Below, piece after piece: positions 1 to 10,407 of a stretch of DNA of 64,000 bases. Every line of letters begins with the position of its first letter. Positions within the stretch are counted from its first letter, which is position 1. Made by a program: the position numbers and the translations under genes. Source of the DNA: a virus; the IMG/VR virus record IMGVR_UViG_3300030333_002322; one strand, written 5' to 3'. The notes below the pieces were generated by a model. The model ran no database searches, was not told the DNA's origin, and worked only from the letters and a program-made list of their open reading frames with translations.

Positions 1-612
1 GTCTGATAACATGTTAGGGATACCATCACCTTTATCACCTATAATAATATGTTCCATTAAAACTTGATCTGCAGGTCCTTTTATTTTTACCCAGCGCTTT
101 TGTGCAGGTGCCCATTGCCTTACATTAGGAAACTTCTGTAACTGCTTAAAGTCGTGGTCACCAGATACAATTAGAAAAGGTTCAGGTATAATCTCATCTG
201 CAAATAATGGTCCTGCCTCTCCTATTGTTTGACTATACTCTGCTAATGTTCCTATTACATCATCTGCCTCAGCACCATCTACATCTATAACAGGATAAGG
301 TAAGTACTCTGATATCTCATCTCGTATAAGATTTAATGCTGTAAATATCTCTCCCCAATCCATACCACTAGATTCTCTAGTGGCCTTCCTACCTGCTTTA
401 TAATGAGGATAATACTTACGTCTCCAATAGTGTCTGTTATCACATGCAATAACTATATCACCAAACTCATCACTCCATCTCTTATTGTATGATCTAATAG
501 TATTTAAAACCATATGTCTAAGTAAAGGTAGATTAACCTCAGAATTAGGTTTCCCTTTTATCTCTGCCATAAAAGAACCTATAGCAGTCTGATTGTAATC
601 AACTACTATCAT
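1..612 (-). CDS. rnh: T4-like RNase H / 5'-3' exonuclease (C-terminus runs off the window)
   Basis: Not in the ORF track. Translating from ATG at 612 gives MIVVDYNQTAIGSFMAE...LLRHMVLNTIRSY...IVIACDNRHYWRRKYYPHYKAGRK, typical of the T4 RNase H N-terminus. Confidence 0.9.
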   Translation of the reverse strand, partial: MIVVDYNQTAIGSFMAEIKGKPNSEVNLPLLRHMVLNTIRSYNKRWSDEFGDIVIACDNRHYWRRKYYPHYKAGRKATRESSGMDWGEIFTALNLIRDEISEYLPYPVIDVDGAEADDVIGTLAEYSQTIGEAGPLFADEIIPEPFLIVSGDHDFKQLQKFPNVRQWAPAQKRWVKIKGPADQVLMEHIIIGDKGDGIPNMLSD

Positions 613-1322
613 TGCGGTATCTCTCCTGTATCATGACATAATCTGTCCCAGGTATCTTTCCAATCTGTAACATGATTAACCTGTTCTGGTTTTAATAGTA
701 TAGCAATTGGGTAATCATTACCTAAAGGGTCACATCTATCACCGAAGAATCTTATTTCATCTATCTCATGTTGATAGTCCGCTAATATTTGTGATTTGTC
801 TCCACCTCTTGCAAATATATCTATTCCTGTTTCACCACCAACAAATGCACAAGTTCTATTGTTAAATATTTGGTTAAACTTACCAGCAATTCGTTCTCGT
901 TCTTTATGCTTTTTATCAAACTTAACATAAAGTTGTCGTTCTGCTAGTGTAGCATTCCTGCCTACAATACTAAAATTAACCAGGCCATTTCTGTGTTCAA
1001 AGTGTAGTCCTGTTCGTAATGGAAATTTACTATCCATCAGTTCAATACTCAACCAATTATGTTCTTCCTCAGGTAATGTAAACTTCTTAGATTTTAATTG
1101 TACATTACCTGTATAAACATCATTGCCGCTACAATTATATACTCGTGAACAAGTATTATATAAATCCTCACCTAATTGTTCTATTGTCTTTGCCTTATCA
1201 CTACCTGTGATTAGAACAACATTGTTATTCTTAGCAAAGTCCATAAAGAAGTCTTTAAATGTAGGCTCTATTGTTCCTCTTGATGGGGTCAATGTCCCAT
1301 CCACATCAAATATATAAACCAT
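609..1322 (-). CDS. Eukaryote-type phosphomannomutase-like HAD-IIB hydrolase
   Basis: FDVDGTLT HAD motif I, TGSD, NFSIVGRNA, GGETGIDI and FFGDRCDPLGNDYPI motifs. Confidence 0.8.
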   Translation of the reverse strand: MVYIFDVDGTLTPSRGTIEPTFKDFFMDFAKNNNVVLITGSDKAKTIEQLGEDLYNTCSRVYNCSGNDVYTGNVQLKSKKFTLPEEEHNWLSIELMDSKFPLRTGLHFEHRNGLVNFSIVGRNATLAERQLYVKFDKKHKERERIAGKFNQIFNNRTCAFVGGETGIDIFARGGDKSQILADYQHEIDEIRFFGDRCDPLGNDYPIAILLKPEQVNHVTDWKDTWDRLCHDTGEIPQ

Positions 1323-2425
1323 TACTGTACCTTTAGCAATAACATATTAGGATTAATACGAGTTTTAACTTTCATTTGTTTACCTCGTATCTTACCTACG
1401 ACATCATGTAAAGCGTTCTTAGACTTCTTCATTATAAGTTTAAGTTGCTCATCTGGTTTACGCAATGTCTTTTCGTATGACAAATCAGGTTCGTATCCTG
1501 TAATAGAAGTGCCTTTAACACCTAGTCCACCATCACCCTTAGACTTATATAGCCCTAGTCTACGGCGCTTAGTGTCGTACACCCATACCTCTGAACTACC
1601 TAATATATCTACAGGGTTCACAGACGCTATACCTAAGTCCTTATCAGATTGTAAGTGTCTTAGACGTGCTACTATCTTTCTAGGATCTTGTGCTTTCTTA
1701 CGTCTAACAGGTGTTTTCCTCTGACTGTTTTCCATTAGAGCAAGTAGTATTGCTTCTAACCAATCAATAAGTTTCTTAGTGTTAGGTGTATTAAGATGTG
1801 AATATCCTTCAACAAGTTGGTCGTCCCAATCGTTTCTATCCTTAATTTTACGAACTCTTACAAGTTCTTTAAATTCATCTAATATAACACTAATCTCTTT
1901 ATGTGCTTGTGCAGCTTCTTCCTTGTTTAGTTTAACACTAGCAAGCAGATTATCAGTTACCTTTTTACCTGTAGTTAGTTTATCAATTGCTTCATCAACA
2001 GCACCCATAAAAAGACTTAGTTCTTGTCTAATTGGTACAACCTTTCGTTCTACCGCCTTAGCCTTCTCTGCCTTTTTCTTTTCTGCTGTCTGTAAGAAGT
2101 AATCGTATTTACTGTAAATATACTCTTCCTGTTGTGGAGTCATAAACCCTACTTTACTATGGAAATAGGTATATTCAGATATGGATAAGTAAGCATAGTC
2201 TGGTGCTTCCAGAACTTTCTTCCTTTCCTCTTTAGTCCAAGTAGAATGTGTCTTAGTCCAATGACGGAATGAGTTGTAACATTCTTTAGAACTTATTTCA
2301 TAATGGATAAAATACCAGCAATCTTCCCATGCTTGTTTTTTATCTTCTTCGGACTCTGCAAGAGTGTGCTTAGCCCAATTAGGTTCCTTAATAAGATAAG
2401 GACTTCGTTGTTTCTTTTTAGCCAT
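1322..2425 (-). CDS. Hypothetical phage protein
   Basis: 367-aa ORF behind a sigma70-type promoter; no recognisable motif. Confidence 0.6.
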   Translation of the reverse strand: MAKKKQRSPYLIKEPNWAKHTLAESEEDKKQAWEDCWYFIHYEISSKECYNSFRHWTKTHSTWTKEERKKVLEAPDYAYLSISEYTYFHSKVGFMTPQQEEYIYSKYDYFLQTAEKKKAEKAKAVERKVVPIRQELSLFMGAVDEAIDKLTTGKKVTDNLLASVKLNKEEAAQAHKEISVILDEFKELVRVRKIKDRNDWDDQLVEGYSHLNTPNTKKLIDWLEAILLALMENSQRKTPVRRKKAQDPRKIVARLRHLQSDKDLGIASVNPVDILGSSEVWVYDTKRRRLGLYKSKGDGGLGVKGTSITGYEPDLSYEKTLRKPDEQLKLIMKKSKNALHDVVGKIRGKQMKVKTRINPNMLLLKVQ

Positions 2426-2455
2426 GATAGGTCTTCCTTAAGTTTCATATTACTA

Positions 2456-2484
2456 ATTATAAGACCAAGTGAACTTAAGGTCAA
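2456..2484 (-). promoter_or_regulatory. Sigma70-type promoter with imperfect palindromic spacer
   Basis: TTGACC-N17-TATAAT on the minus strand. Confidence 0.8.
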
Positions 2485-2505
2485 GAAGTTAGAGGACCAT
2501 TTATT

Positions 2506-2835
2506 TTATTCTCTGGCCCAGGTTTGTTCGTTTTCGGGTCTGTCTTTGTTTGGTCCTAACGAAATCCACGATAGAATTTTTTCAAATGTAACAATTCTCC
2601 AACCCTCTACTTCATAATCCCAAACTACAAGTTGCCCTGGTTTAGAGTTACTTTTTAGATTAGATGTTTCAGGTATGTCATCATGTTTCAATGTACATTT
2701 CATTTCTCTAATACTACCATCTGCTTTCTGGAATGTAAACAAACCATAACCAGATTGTAAATGATCTACTACTCTAGATCTCCACTCGTCATTATTTCTG
2801 TTAGGTTCAAAGTCTTTTTCTTCTAAATTAGGCAT
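2506..2835 (-). CDS. DUF2693/WYL_2-like SH3-fold protein
   Basis: FTFQKADGSIREMKCTL...VVWDYEVEGWR pattern. Confidence 0.6.
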   Translation of the reverse strand: MPNLEEKDFEPNRNNDEWRSRVVDHLQSGYGLFTFQKADGSIREMKCTLKHDDIPETSNLKSNSKPGQLVVWDYEVEGWRIVTFEKILSWISLGPNKDRPENEQTWARE

Positions 2836-4261
2836 TATTCTTATCCTTTAATTTTTTATCTATTAACCACTGTAAGTCTACTTCCTTCTTAGGGTCCATA
2901 GCAGACTCACTCCCATACTTATCGCTAACCCAATTCTTTTCAGGTTCAACGTCATGTAATTCATTTAATTCTTTTTGTACTTGTGCATTTTTAGACAAGT
3001 CAGGTTCATAAGCTTCTCCAGCATTAACTGGATCTGAATGTTCAACAGGTTGTACATCAGGTTCTTTTTTGTATTCAACAACATCATCTTCTAAATGTAC
3101 AGGTGTTATTATTTCTCCCTTACGCTCTTTTAAACTTAGGTTAGCAGCAATAACTAATACAATAGCAAGTGGGTCAAATACAAATATAAGCAACAATATT
3201 AATATAAGAACTGCTGAGTCTATACTACTAGCAGAATCATCTCCATATATTAATTGTGCCACATATTTAATAGGACCTACTTCTTTCTCTAAATCTCTAA
3301 CAATAGCTCTCTTATCAAACAATGTAGCATTATACTCTTCTATTTGTGTATAAGCATCGTCTATTGTTGCCTGAATAGAATCTATTTGTGCGTCTTTTGT
3401 ATCCTGTGAAGATGTTTCTTGATCTCGTAATCTGTTTATTTCCTCGTTGGCACTATCTATTGTTGATTGTGTATCTGCTCTGTATTGTGTTATTTGGTTA
3501 CGATATCCTGCTATTTGTTGTTCAGCATATGCTCTTAACTCTTGTATCTGTTCGTTTATTAAAGCTCTTTGTGGTTCTTGTTGTTCCCTTACTTCAATAC
3601 CCTTTGCTACATTATCTGTTCTATTAAATGCTCCACCCGTAGTACCTTGGGTCGTATAAGATGCTACTATAGCGTCTAATTCTGCAAGTTCTTGCTGTTT
3701 TTGAGCTATATCTGTATCCAAACTTGACCTAATAGACTCAATTTGTTCCTCGGCGTATGTTATATCGCCTTGTATTCTTTCCCATGCCGTATCTCGTATT
3801 TCTTCTTGTTGTCTTATGGATTCAGTTACATCTAAATTACCACCTGCCTCTATTCTATCTATTCTTTCCTCGGCAACCTCTATTTTATTTCGCTGTCTAT
3901 CTATTAACTGTTCAATCCTTTGTACTTCTGCAAAAGCATCTCCTGTATTAGCAGACTGCTCTATATGTGCTTTAGATAAGAACCCAAAGATCCCTATAGA
4001 CGTGATTATTGACAATACTATTACTGCTGTAACCATATAAGTTTTCATTAAAAACTTTACTCTGGACCAATACTGATAAATCCAAGAGGCGGTGACGAGT
4101 TTTGCTATCTCCAAAACAATACCCATCCATAGAATTGATAGTGGCAAACCATTAAATATTGCCATTAATCCTACAATAGAAAAGTATGCAGCGACTGCTG
4201 AAACAGCAAGTGCTGAAAATAATAATCCTATTATAAATGTAATACTTCTACTTTCTAACAT
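2828..4261 (-). CDS. Membrane protein with a long coiled coil
   Basis: Three N-terminal TM helices, a ~230-aa Q/E-rich coiled coil, a further TM segment (LILILLLIFVFDPLAIVLVIAA) and an acidic tail. Confidence 0.65.
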   Translation of the reverse strand: MLESRSITFIIGLLFSALAVSAVAAYFSIVGLMAIFNGLPLSILWMGIVLEIAKLVTASWIYQYWSRVKFLMKTYMVTAVIVLSIITSIGIFGFLSKAHIEQSANTGDAFAEVQRIEQLIDRQRNKIEVAEERIDRIEAGGNLDVTESIRQQEEIRDTAWERIQGDITYAEEQIESIRSSLDTDIAQKQQELAELDAIVASYTTQGTTGGAFNRTDNVAKGIEVREQQEPQRALINEQIQELRAYAEQQIAGYRNQITQYRADTQSTIDSANEEINRLRDQETSSQDTKDAQIDSIQATIDDAYTQIEEYNATLFDKRAIVRDLEKEVGPIKYVAQLIYGDDSASSIDSAVLILILLLIFVFDPLAIVLVIAANLSLKERKGEIITPVHLEDDVVEYKKEPDVQPVEHSDPVNAGEAYEPDLSKNAQVQKELNELHDVEPEKNWVSDKYGSESAMDPKKEVDLQWLIDKKLKDKNNA

Positions 4262-4578
4262 TTAGGACTCCATTTAATTTCCTCGAACTCTTTTAAATGG
4301 CTAGCTCGTAATCTTACATGTAGCATATCATTAATACAATTAGGGTCATTTCGTTGTTGCCATTGCAATAAAAATTCTTGTATCTTTGCAGGTGCTCTAC
4401 TTGTATATTCTGCTATAACTTCTTTTTCCAATTCCTCTTTGTGTTCCTTTACAATAGTTGAACTACCAAAATACTTTTCAAACTGTTTATCAGTTTTACA
4501 TGAATACCCTATATAATATCTTCCATCTGGGAAGTAGGTACAATATACTCTATGCTTTTTAGGTTGTTTCTTTGCCAT
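4255..4578 (-). CDS. Small GIY-YIG (Seg-like) endonuclease domain protein
   Basis: RVYCTYFPDGRYYIGYS...YFGSS pattern. Confidence 0.6.
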   Translation of the reverse strand: MAKKQPKKHRVYCTYFPDGRYYIGYSCKTDKQFEKYFGSSTIVKEHKEELEKEVIAEYTSRAPAKIQEFLLQWQQRNDPNCINDMLHVRLRASHLKEFEEIKWSPKC

Positions 4579-4583
4579 AGTAG

Positions 4584-4591
4584 TATTTATA
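4584..4591 (-). promoter_or_regulatory. T4 late (gp55) promoter, probably leaderless transcript
   Basis: TATAAATA lies 5 nt upstream of the ATG at 4578. Confidence 0.7.
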
Positions 4592-5507
4592 ATGCTCTAT
4601 ATGCATCTACAAATAATGGTGTTATTATCTCCCTATGTGTTCTAGGTCCAGGGTGCATCATATCTCTTGCACAGTAAGAGGTATCAGGATTACCCATTTC
4701 ACCTTCACCTGGGTTATGCCAAGTTCCTTGTACAGTTACAGGAATTTTTATCACTCCAAGTTTTGTATCTCTACATACATGTTCCATTGCATCATAATAT
4801 GCTCGTTTGTGCATTATTGTTTCACTTTCATTTTCATTTACCGTTTCCCAATAAGTTTTAATTTTTAAATCCCTTTGCCAATGACTAACTGCTATTGGTG
4901 CTATAGTCTGATCGCTTTTAGGTACTTCACTACCTCGCAGTGCAAATAATTCTCTTCTAGCAGGATCTGGTACAAACCACATTACAACCTTAGGTTTTAT
5001 AATAGGTATCCATTCTCTAGCTACTCTATAACAGGCCTGAATACTACCTCCAGGTTGTCCTAGGTTTATAGGATTCAAACCCAATTCTTTTGAAACATAA
5101 TAAGGCCATGACTGTTCATAGTTTACACCTATACCAAATGTGTTACTACAACCTATAGCAACAAAACTATTTCTATCCTCACGAAATTCCTCATGATGTC
5201 TAAAACCATACTTGTTAACTTTGTATTTTACATTGTGTTCAGTCCAACCTTCTTTTACCGCTGCTTGTCTATTCTTCTCAAAAAGTTCTTTTGTATCAGC
5301 AGGACACCAATCGCTTTCACCATTAGGCCAGTTTCTGTATCCTTCTTGGCCTAAGCCTTTATTTTTTATCTTTTCATCAGGAACAGCTCGGGCTATCGGC
5401 CACCAACCCATAGCATATTTGTATTGATCTGGGTTTTTGATGTATCGCTTATGCGTTACAGGCCTATTCATCTTAATGATTCCTGCCCCCATCAAAAACA
5501 CATACAA
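4587..5507 (-). CDS. SGNH/GDSL-like hypothetical protein (paralog 1)
   Basis: NKYGFR...AIGCSNTFG...NLGQPGGS...RDMMHPG motifs. Confidence 0.55.
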   Translation of the reverse strand: MYVFLMGAGIIKMNRPVTHKRYIKNPDQYKYAMGWWPIARAVPDEKIKNKGLGQEGYRNWPNGESDWCPADTKELFEKNRQAAVKEGWTEHNVKYKVNKYGFRHHEEFREDRNSFVAIGCSNTFGIGVNYEQSWPYYVSKELGLNPINLGQPGGSIQACYRVAREWIPIIKPKVVMWFVPDPARRELFALRGSEVPKSDQTIAPIAVSHWQRDLKIKTYWETVNENESETIMHKRAYYDAMEHVCRDTKLGVIKIPVTVQGTWHNPGEGEMGNPDTSYCARDMMHPGPRTHREIITPLFVDAYRAL

Positions 5508-5847
5508 AAGATAACATTCCTTCTGAATCGTTTATAACTTGATGATACTTGCCATCTTCTATTAAAACTATATCACCTTCATCGACTCTAAAATTTTTGT
5601 TTATTGTAAGTACCTCTGGGTCTCCAGGTATTAGTCCATAGTCACCTAACAACATTCTACCATTGCCACCAGTAAATATATAAACTTCTTCTTGTCCTTT
5701 GTGATTGTGTCCTGATGTTTGCCTACCAGGGTTTAAGTCTGTGCTACTTAACACTAGATTTTTTAAATGTGTATTGTCCTTAACAACATATCGTTCATCA
5801 TTTTTAACAATGAAACCTCCTACGTCTTTAACATTAACCTTAACCAT
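5473..5847 (-). CDS. Cupin-domain protein (mannose-6-phosphate isomerase-like)
   Basis: TSGHNHKGQEEVYIF...GDIVLIEDGKYHQV cupin motifs; the likely start is MVKVNVKD. Confidence 0.7.
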   Translation of the reverse strand: MVKVNVKDVGGFIVKNDERYVVKDNTHLKNLVLSSTDLNPGRQTSGHNHKGQEEVYIFTGGNGRMLLGDYGLIPGDPEVLTINKNFRVDEGDIVLIEDGKYHQVINDSEGMLSFVCVFDGGRNH

Positions 5848-6022
5848 TATTATACTCCTCTTCAAACGGGTCAATATATTCAAAAGTTTCTTCTTCTTCA
5901 ATCTCATGACCACAGAAAGGGCAGTACTCAATAATATAGTATTGAGGGTCTAACTCGTGCGAGACATTAAATACTGCCTCGCAATTTGTGCATTCTTTTC
6001 TCTTCTTTATTCTATCAGCCAC
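5840..6022 (-). CDS. Small zinc-ribbon protein
   Basis: CTNC...CPFCG followed by an acidic tail. Confidence 0.6.
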   Translation of the reverse strand: MADRIKKRKECTNCEAVFNVSHELDPQYYIIEYCPFCGHEIEEEETFEYIDPFEEEYNNG

Positions 6023-6972
6023 TTTTCTCTTATCTCATTTGCTAATTCTAAATGCCAATCTGCCCCAGGGTGCATGCCATCTCTTGCATGTGGTTTTTTA
6101 AAGTCCTTCCATGGTTCACCCTGTGTTAATCTAGCATATACTTGCTCCATATTCCTATCTGCTTCCCAATGATATGGATTTGGTTTACATATAACCTTAT
6201 CAGTATATGTTATAGAGTTGTACAATGGAGAGTCTGGATGTATGTTCTCTCTAACTGTACTATTGTGATCTATCCAATATAATTGAATATCGTATGATCT
6301 ACAAATATTTTTTATGTTTTCAATGGCAATAGCATTTGACCATTTGTCTGCTTCTATCTCTCTTCGACCATCTAGGAAGTGTCCATATGCTGGATTAGTG
6401 TCTAATGCTTTTACCCATGGTCCTAAGTTTCTAACAATATTACTCTCACTCTTTAAAGAGTAATTGTATGTGGTTATTGGTAATGATACTATAACAAATT
6501 CTGGTTTAGGATACTGTCTTAAAAATGCACCTAAGTTATATGCTATAATAGTTGTATCAATACCTGCCAATGCCATATTGTACATTGGAGTCTTTCTAAA
6601 CTTTCTCCACCACAGGTCATTGAAAAACATACCTGAACCTTCTGTAATAGAACTTCCTGTAACTAAACCATATGGTCTAAAGGAAGGTGGATAATCATCT
6701 AAATTCTTCCACATCAATTCATGATTTCTAAAACCTAATTCATCATATTGATATGATAATGTAACGTCTGAATTGTAATAGTACCAATCTTCTCCTATTA
6801 CTTCTTTTATCTTTTCAAACCAGGCTTCACTTTCAATGTTCTGCCATTTAAATGGTTTGTCCATTTCTACATTTCTGCTTATCAGACCGTTTTCATGTAA
6901 CTTTAGTAAATCGTTTGGGTGACGTCTCCACGCTACCTTCGATTCTTCATTCATGCCCATACCTCTTGCCAT
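6007..6972 (-). CDS. SGNH/GDSL-like hypothetical protein (paralog 2)
   Basis: DELGFR...TGSSITEG...NMALAG...ARDGMHPG, the same motif order as 4587..5507. Confidence 0.55.
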   Translation of the reverse strand: MARGMGMNEESKVAWRRHPNDLLKLHENGLISRNVEMDKPFKWQNIESEAWFEKIKEVIGEDWYYYNSDVTLSYQYDELGFRNHELMWKNLDDYPPSFRPYGLVTGSSITEGSGMFFNDLWWRKFRKTPMYNMALAGIDTTIIAYNLGAFLRQYPKPEFVIVSLPITTYNYSLKSESNIVRNLGPWVKALDTNPAYGHFLDGRREIEADKWSNAIAIENIKNICRSYDIQLYWIDHNSTVRENIHPDSPLYNSITYTDKVICKPNPYHWEADRNMEQVYARLTQGEPWKDFKKPHARDGMHPGADWHLELANEIREKWLIE

Positions 6973-7934
6973 TCACCTTGTAGAGCACCCCTGGCATAGT
7001 CAGTAGCTCTATTTTCAAAAAAGTTTGTATGAGTAGGAGCATTAATCATCTCTTCTACCCACAGTAAAGGATTTCTTTTTACTTTAAAGATACCCTTCAT
7101 TCCCATACTTATAAGTCTTCTATCAGCTATATATCTGATATATTTTTTAACCTCGTCTGCTTCTAAACCTTCCATAGGTCCCATAGCAAAACAAGTGTCA
7201 ATAAATTTTTCTTCTAGTTCGACCATCTTCTCTGCGATGTCGTATATATCTTTCTTTAACTTGTCTTTCCACAAGTGTCTGTTCTCTCTTATGTATTGTT
7301 TAAATAATTGTATCATAGATTCTGCGTGCATTGTTTCATCTACAATAGACCAAGTAATAATTTGTCCCATGCCTTTCATCTTGCCATGACGAGGAAAGTT
7401 TAGTAACATAATAAAAGAACTAAATAACTGCATGCCTTCTGTAAATGCTGAGAACGCTGCAATATTAGCTGCTACTGATTCCTCTGTTCCATTTGCACCT
7501 GCAAGTTTCATAAAGTATTCATGTTTTTCTACCATTGTTTGATACTCTAAGAACTCACTATATGTAGACTCAGGCATACCTAAAGTCTCTATTAAATGTG
7601 CATATGCAGCAACATGCAATGCCTCTCTAGCAGCAAATCCTGATAACATCATACGAACTTCTGGTTGTGGGAAATAAGGTAGGTAATTGTTTACATAACC
7701 ACCTGCTACATCTATATCTCCCTGCACAAAAAATCTAAATATATTAGTTAAAAATGCTTTCTCTGGATCATTTAATTTCTCTTTCCAATCCTTTACGTCT
7801 TCTACCATTGGTACTTCTGTATGTAACCAATGTGATTGTTCATGTTTTAACCACGCATCATATGCCCATGGGTAACTGAACGGTTTAAAATAATCTCTTT
7901 CTTCTGTTAATCTCGGTTTCCTTGGTCTTGCCAT
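6951..7934 (-). CDS. nrdB: Ribonucleotide reductase class I beta subunit
   Basis: Di-iron ligands in EALH, FTEG and DETMH; C-terminal HTNFFENRATDY. Confidence 0.97.
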   Translation of the reverse strand: MARPRKPRLTEERDYFKPFSYPWAYDAWLKHEQSHWLHTEVPMVEDVKDWKEKLNDPEKAFLTNIFRFFVQGDIDVAGGYVNNYLPYFPQPEVRMMLSGFAAREALHVAAYAHLIETLGMPESTYSEFLEYQTMVEKHEYFMKLAGANGTEESVAANIAAFSAFTEGMQLFSSFIMLLNFPRHGKMKGMGQIITWSIVDETMHAESMIQLFKQYIRENRHLWKDKLKKDIYDIAEKMVELEEKFIDTCFAMGPMEGLEADEVKKYIRYIADRRLISMGMKGIFKVKRNPLLWVEEMINAPTHTNFFENRATDYARGALQGEWQEVWA

Positions 7935-8605
7935 TATTCTTTCCCTATATCTTTATAACCTGCTTTACTAAACGCCCAATCTCTTTCCTTACACCAAAAA
8001 CACTCTCCACATCTTCCTCTAGGTTGCATAGTACATGTATGCGTTATTTCTGAAAGAGCTTCAAGTCTACCTTCCTCGTATGCTATTCTAACCAACCATT
8101 CTTTAGTTAGTTTCTCGAAAGGCATTTTAATTATATCTTCATAAATTGTTCCTGTGGCAAATACTCTGCCTTTAGGTAATTCATCTGACCATTCTAATAT
8201 GTCATCTGCAAATGGATTTGTACCTAAAAACATAACATCAGCACCTTGTTCTATATAAGCTTCTCTAATTCCTTTATTCAACCAGAATACTAATGTTTCA
8301 TCATCTGGTTCCCTATTACTTTTATCTACTGGACCAACAGGTATTGTATGTATCCTTTTAGTTCCAAAATACTTACAAGATTCTTCTAATACTCTATTTG
8401 CGTAGAGAATAGAACCATCCGGTTTAGGTACAGTAAATGCTTTAATTTTAACTTTGTGTTTTAGGCATTGTTCATAAACCATATGCCATAATACAGCGCT
8501 GTCAAAACCACCTGACATAATGACTCCAATTGTTTTATCGGATTCATGCCAGGGTTTTATATAGTCATAATAAAATCGTGCAAGAGGTGTTAAATCTTGT
8601 TCCAT
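7934..8605 (-). CDS. QueC-like PP-loop ATP pyrophosphatase
   Basis: SGGFDS PP-loop and a C-terminal C-x7-CxxCxxC zinc site. Confidence 0.65.
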   Translation of the reverse strand: MEQDLTPLARFYYDYIKPWHESDKTIGVIMSGGFDSAVLWHMVYEQCLKHKVKIKAFTVPKPDGSILYANRVLEESCKYFGTKRIHTIPVGPVDKSNREPDDETLVFWLNKGIREAYIEQGADVMFLGTNPFADDILEWSDELPKGRVFATGTIYEDIIKMPFEKLTKEWLVRIAYEEGRLEALSEITHTCTMQPRGRCGECFWCKERDWAFSKAGYKDIGKE

Positions 8606-10401
8606 TAGCCTTCACAAGCTACACATTCACCGTCAGCCAAATCAGCCATATCTAATTCTTGTATAATCTCTCTTTCAATTCGTTTAGATACTTTATCTGC
8701 TTTGCCAAGTTTTTCTGAACGACAATAGTATAGCGTTTTTACTCCTGTTTTCCATGCCAAAAAGTGTACAGCATGCAAATAGGCAATATTTACATTTGGC
8801 CTAAAGAATAAATTTAAACTTTGTGCCTGATCTACAAATTCCTGTCTGTCTGCTGCATGTTCTATTATCCATCTCTGGTCTATTTCCATAGATGTTTTAA
8901 ATACTTGTCTTTGTTGGTCACTCAATTGTTTTATATGTTGTACTGAGCCATCATTACTTATTATTGACGACCAAACCTCGTCATAATTTGTTCTCGGGTG
9001 TTGTTCACAGTACTCTTTAATGAGTTTGTCCAAGTACTTATTTTTGTTGAGGTAAGCACCCGATAAGGTATCTTGTCTGTAAGCATTAGCTCTAAACGGT
9101 TCAATAGATGGCGAAGTGTTGCCCATAATAATACTACTGGAAGCGTTAGGAGCAATAGCCATGACATGGCTAAAACGAAGCCCTCGTCCCTTAGCATCTG
9201 GAGCTTCTCCTCTTTCATCTCCAAGTTGTTTATTTGCTTCATCTAATTTAGTCCTAATATGTCTAAATAATCTCAAGTTGGCACCTTTTGCTTCACTGCT
9301 TTCCCATGCAATATTATTCTTTTGCAGGTACGCATGAAAACCTAATGCACCAACACCTATACTCCTTTCTTGTGAGGCAGAAAATTTAGCTCTTGCTACC
9401 TCATCTGGAGCTTTGTCTATAAAATGTTGTAAGACATTATCTAACATCTCAGCAACATCTCTTAAAAATTGTGGATTCTTACTCCATGAATCATAGTGTT
9501 CCAAGTTAACTGATGATAAGCAACATACTGCTGTTCTCTCTTCATTCGTAGGTAAAATAATCTCAGAGCACAAATTACTCTGATGTATTTTTAAACCTAA
9601 ATCCTTTTGGAATTCAGGCATCTCTCTGTTGCTTGTATCAATAAAATGTAAGTAAGGTTCTCCTGTCTCCATTCTCATTTCTAATATTCTTTGCCATAGT
9701 TCTTTGGCAGAAACAGTATCTTTAATTAAACCACTATGAGGATCTGTTAAGTTCCAACCATCATCACAATCAGGATCTGTCATACAGGTTTCAATTATTC
9801 GCATGAAATTATCTGTAACATTAATTCCGTGATGTAAGTTAAGGCATCTCATATTTGGATCGCCTGTTGGTTTCCTCATTTCAAGGAACATTAAAATATC
9901 TGGATGACTAATATCAAGGTAAGTAGCATAGCTACCCCGTCTAGTACGCCCTTGACGGTATGCCAAGCACGAGGCGTCATAAGTCTTAAGATGAGGCAAG
10001 ACGCCAGTAGACTTATCGTCAGAAGATCTAATGCCAAAGCCAATACCAACACCACCACCAAGCATAGAAAGCCAATTTGTTTCTGATAAGTTTTCAACTA
10101 AACCCTCCGCTGTGTCGTTAATATAATTTAAAAAACATGATATAGGCATACCACGTCTACTTCTACCATAAGATAGAATAGGAGTACTGTAGGATAGCCA
10201 ATGCTTACTACTGTACTCATATAATCTTTGTGCGTGTTCTGGATTACTTGCAAAATTAGTACTCACGAATGCAAATCTTTCCTGTGGAGATTTTTCTTCC
10301 TCCATCATATAACTTTCTCGTAATCTTTGTAAACCTAATTGATCAAAGAGTTCATCACGATCATAATCAATTTGTATTCCTAAATATTCTGCTTTTGCCA
10401 T
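8605..10401 (-). CDS. nrdA: Ribonucleotide reductase class I alpha subunit (short, no evident ATP cone)
   Basis: PISCF, SNLCSEI, AIAPNASSS, KTLYYCRS and C-terminal CVACEG. Confidence 0.97.
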   Translation of the reverse strand: MAKAEYLGIQIDYDRDELFDQLGLQRLRESYMMEEEKSPQERFAFVSTNFASNPEHAQRLYEYSSKHWLSYSTPILSYGRSRRGMPISCFLNYINDTAEGLVENLSETNWLSMLGGGVGIGFGIRSSDDKSTGVLPHLKTYDASCLAYRQGRTRRGSYATYLDISHPDILMFLEMRKPTGDPNMRCLNLHHGINVTDNFMRIIETCMTDPDCDDGWNLTDPHSGLIKDTVSAKELWQRILEMRMETGEPYLHFIDTSNREMPEFQKDLGLKIHQSNLCSEIILPTNEERTAVCCLSSVNLEHYDSWSKNPQFLRDVAEMLDNVLQHFIDKAPDEVARAKFSASQERSIGVGALGFHAYLQKNNIAWESSEAKGANLRLFRHIRTKLDEANKQLGDERGEAPDAKGRGLRFSHVMAIAPNASSSIIMGNTSPSIEPFRANAYRQDTLSGAYLNKNKYLDKLIKEYCEQHPRTNYDEVWSSIISNDGSVQHIKQLSDQQRQVFKTSMEIDQRWIIEHAADRQEFVDQAQSLNLFFRPNVNIAYLHAVHFLAWKTGVKTLYYCRSEKLGKADKVSKRIEREIIQELDMADLADGECVACEG

Positions 10402-10407
10402 TTCTTT

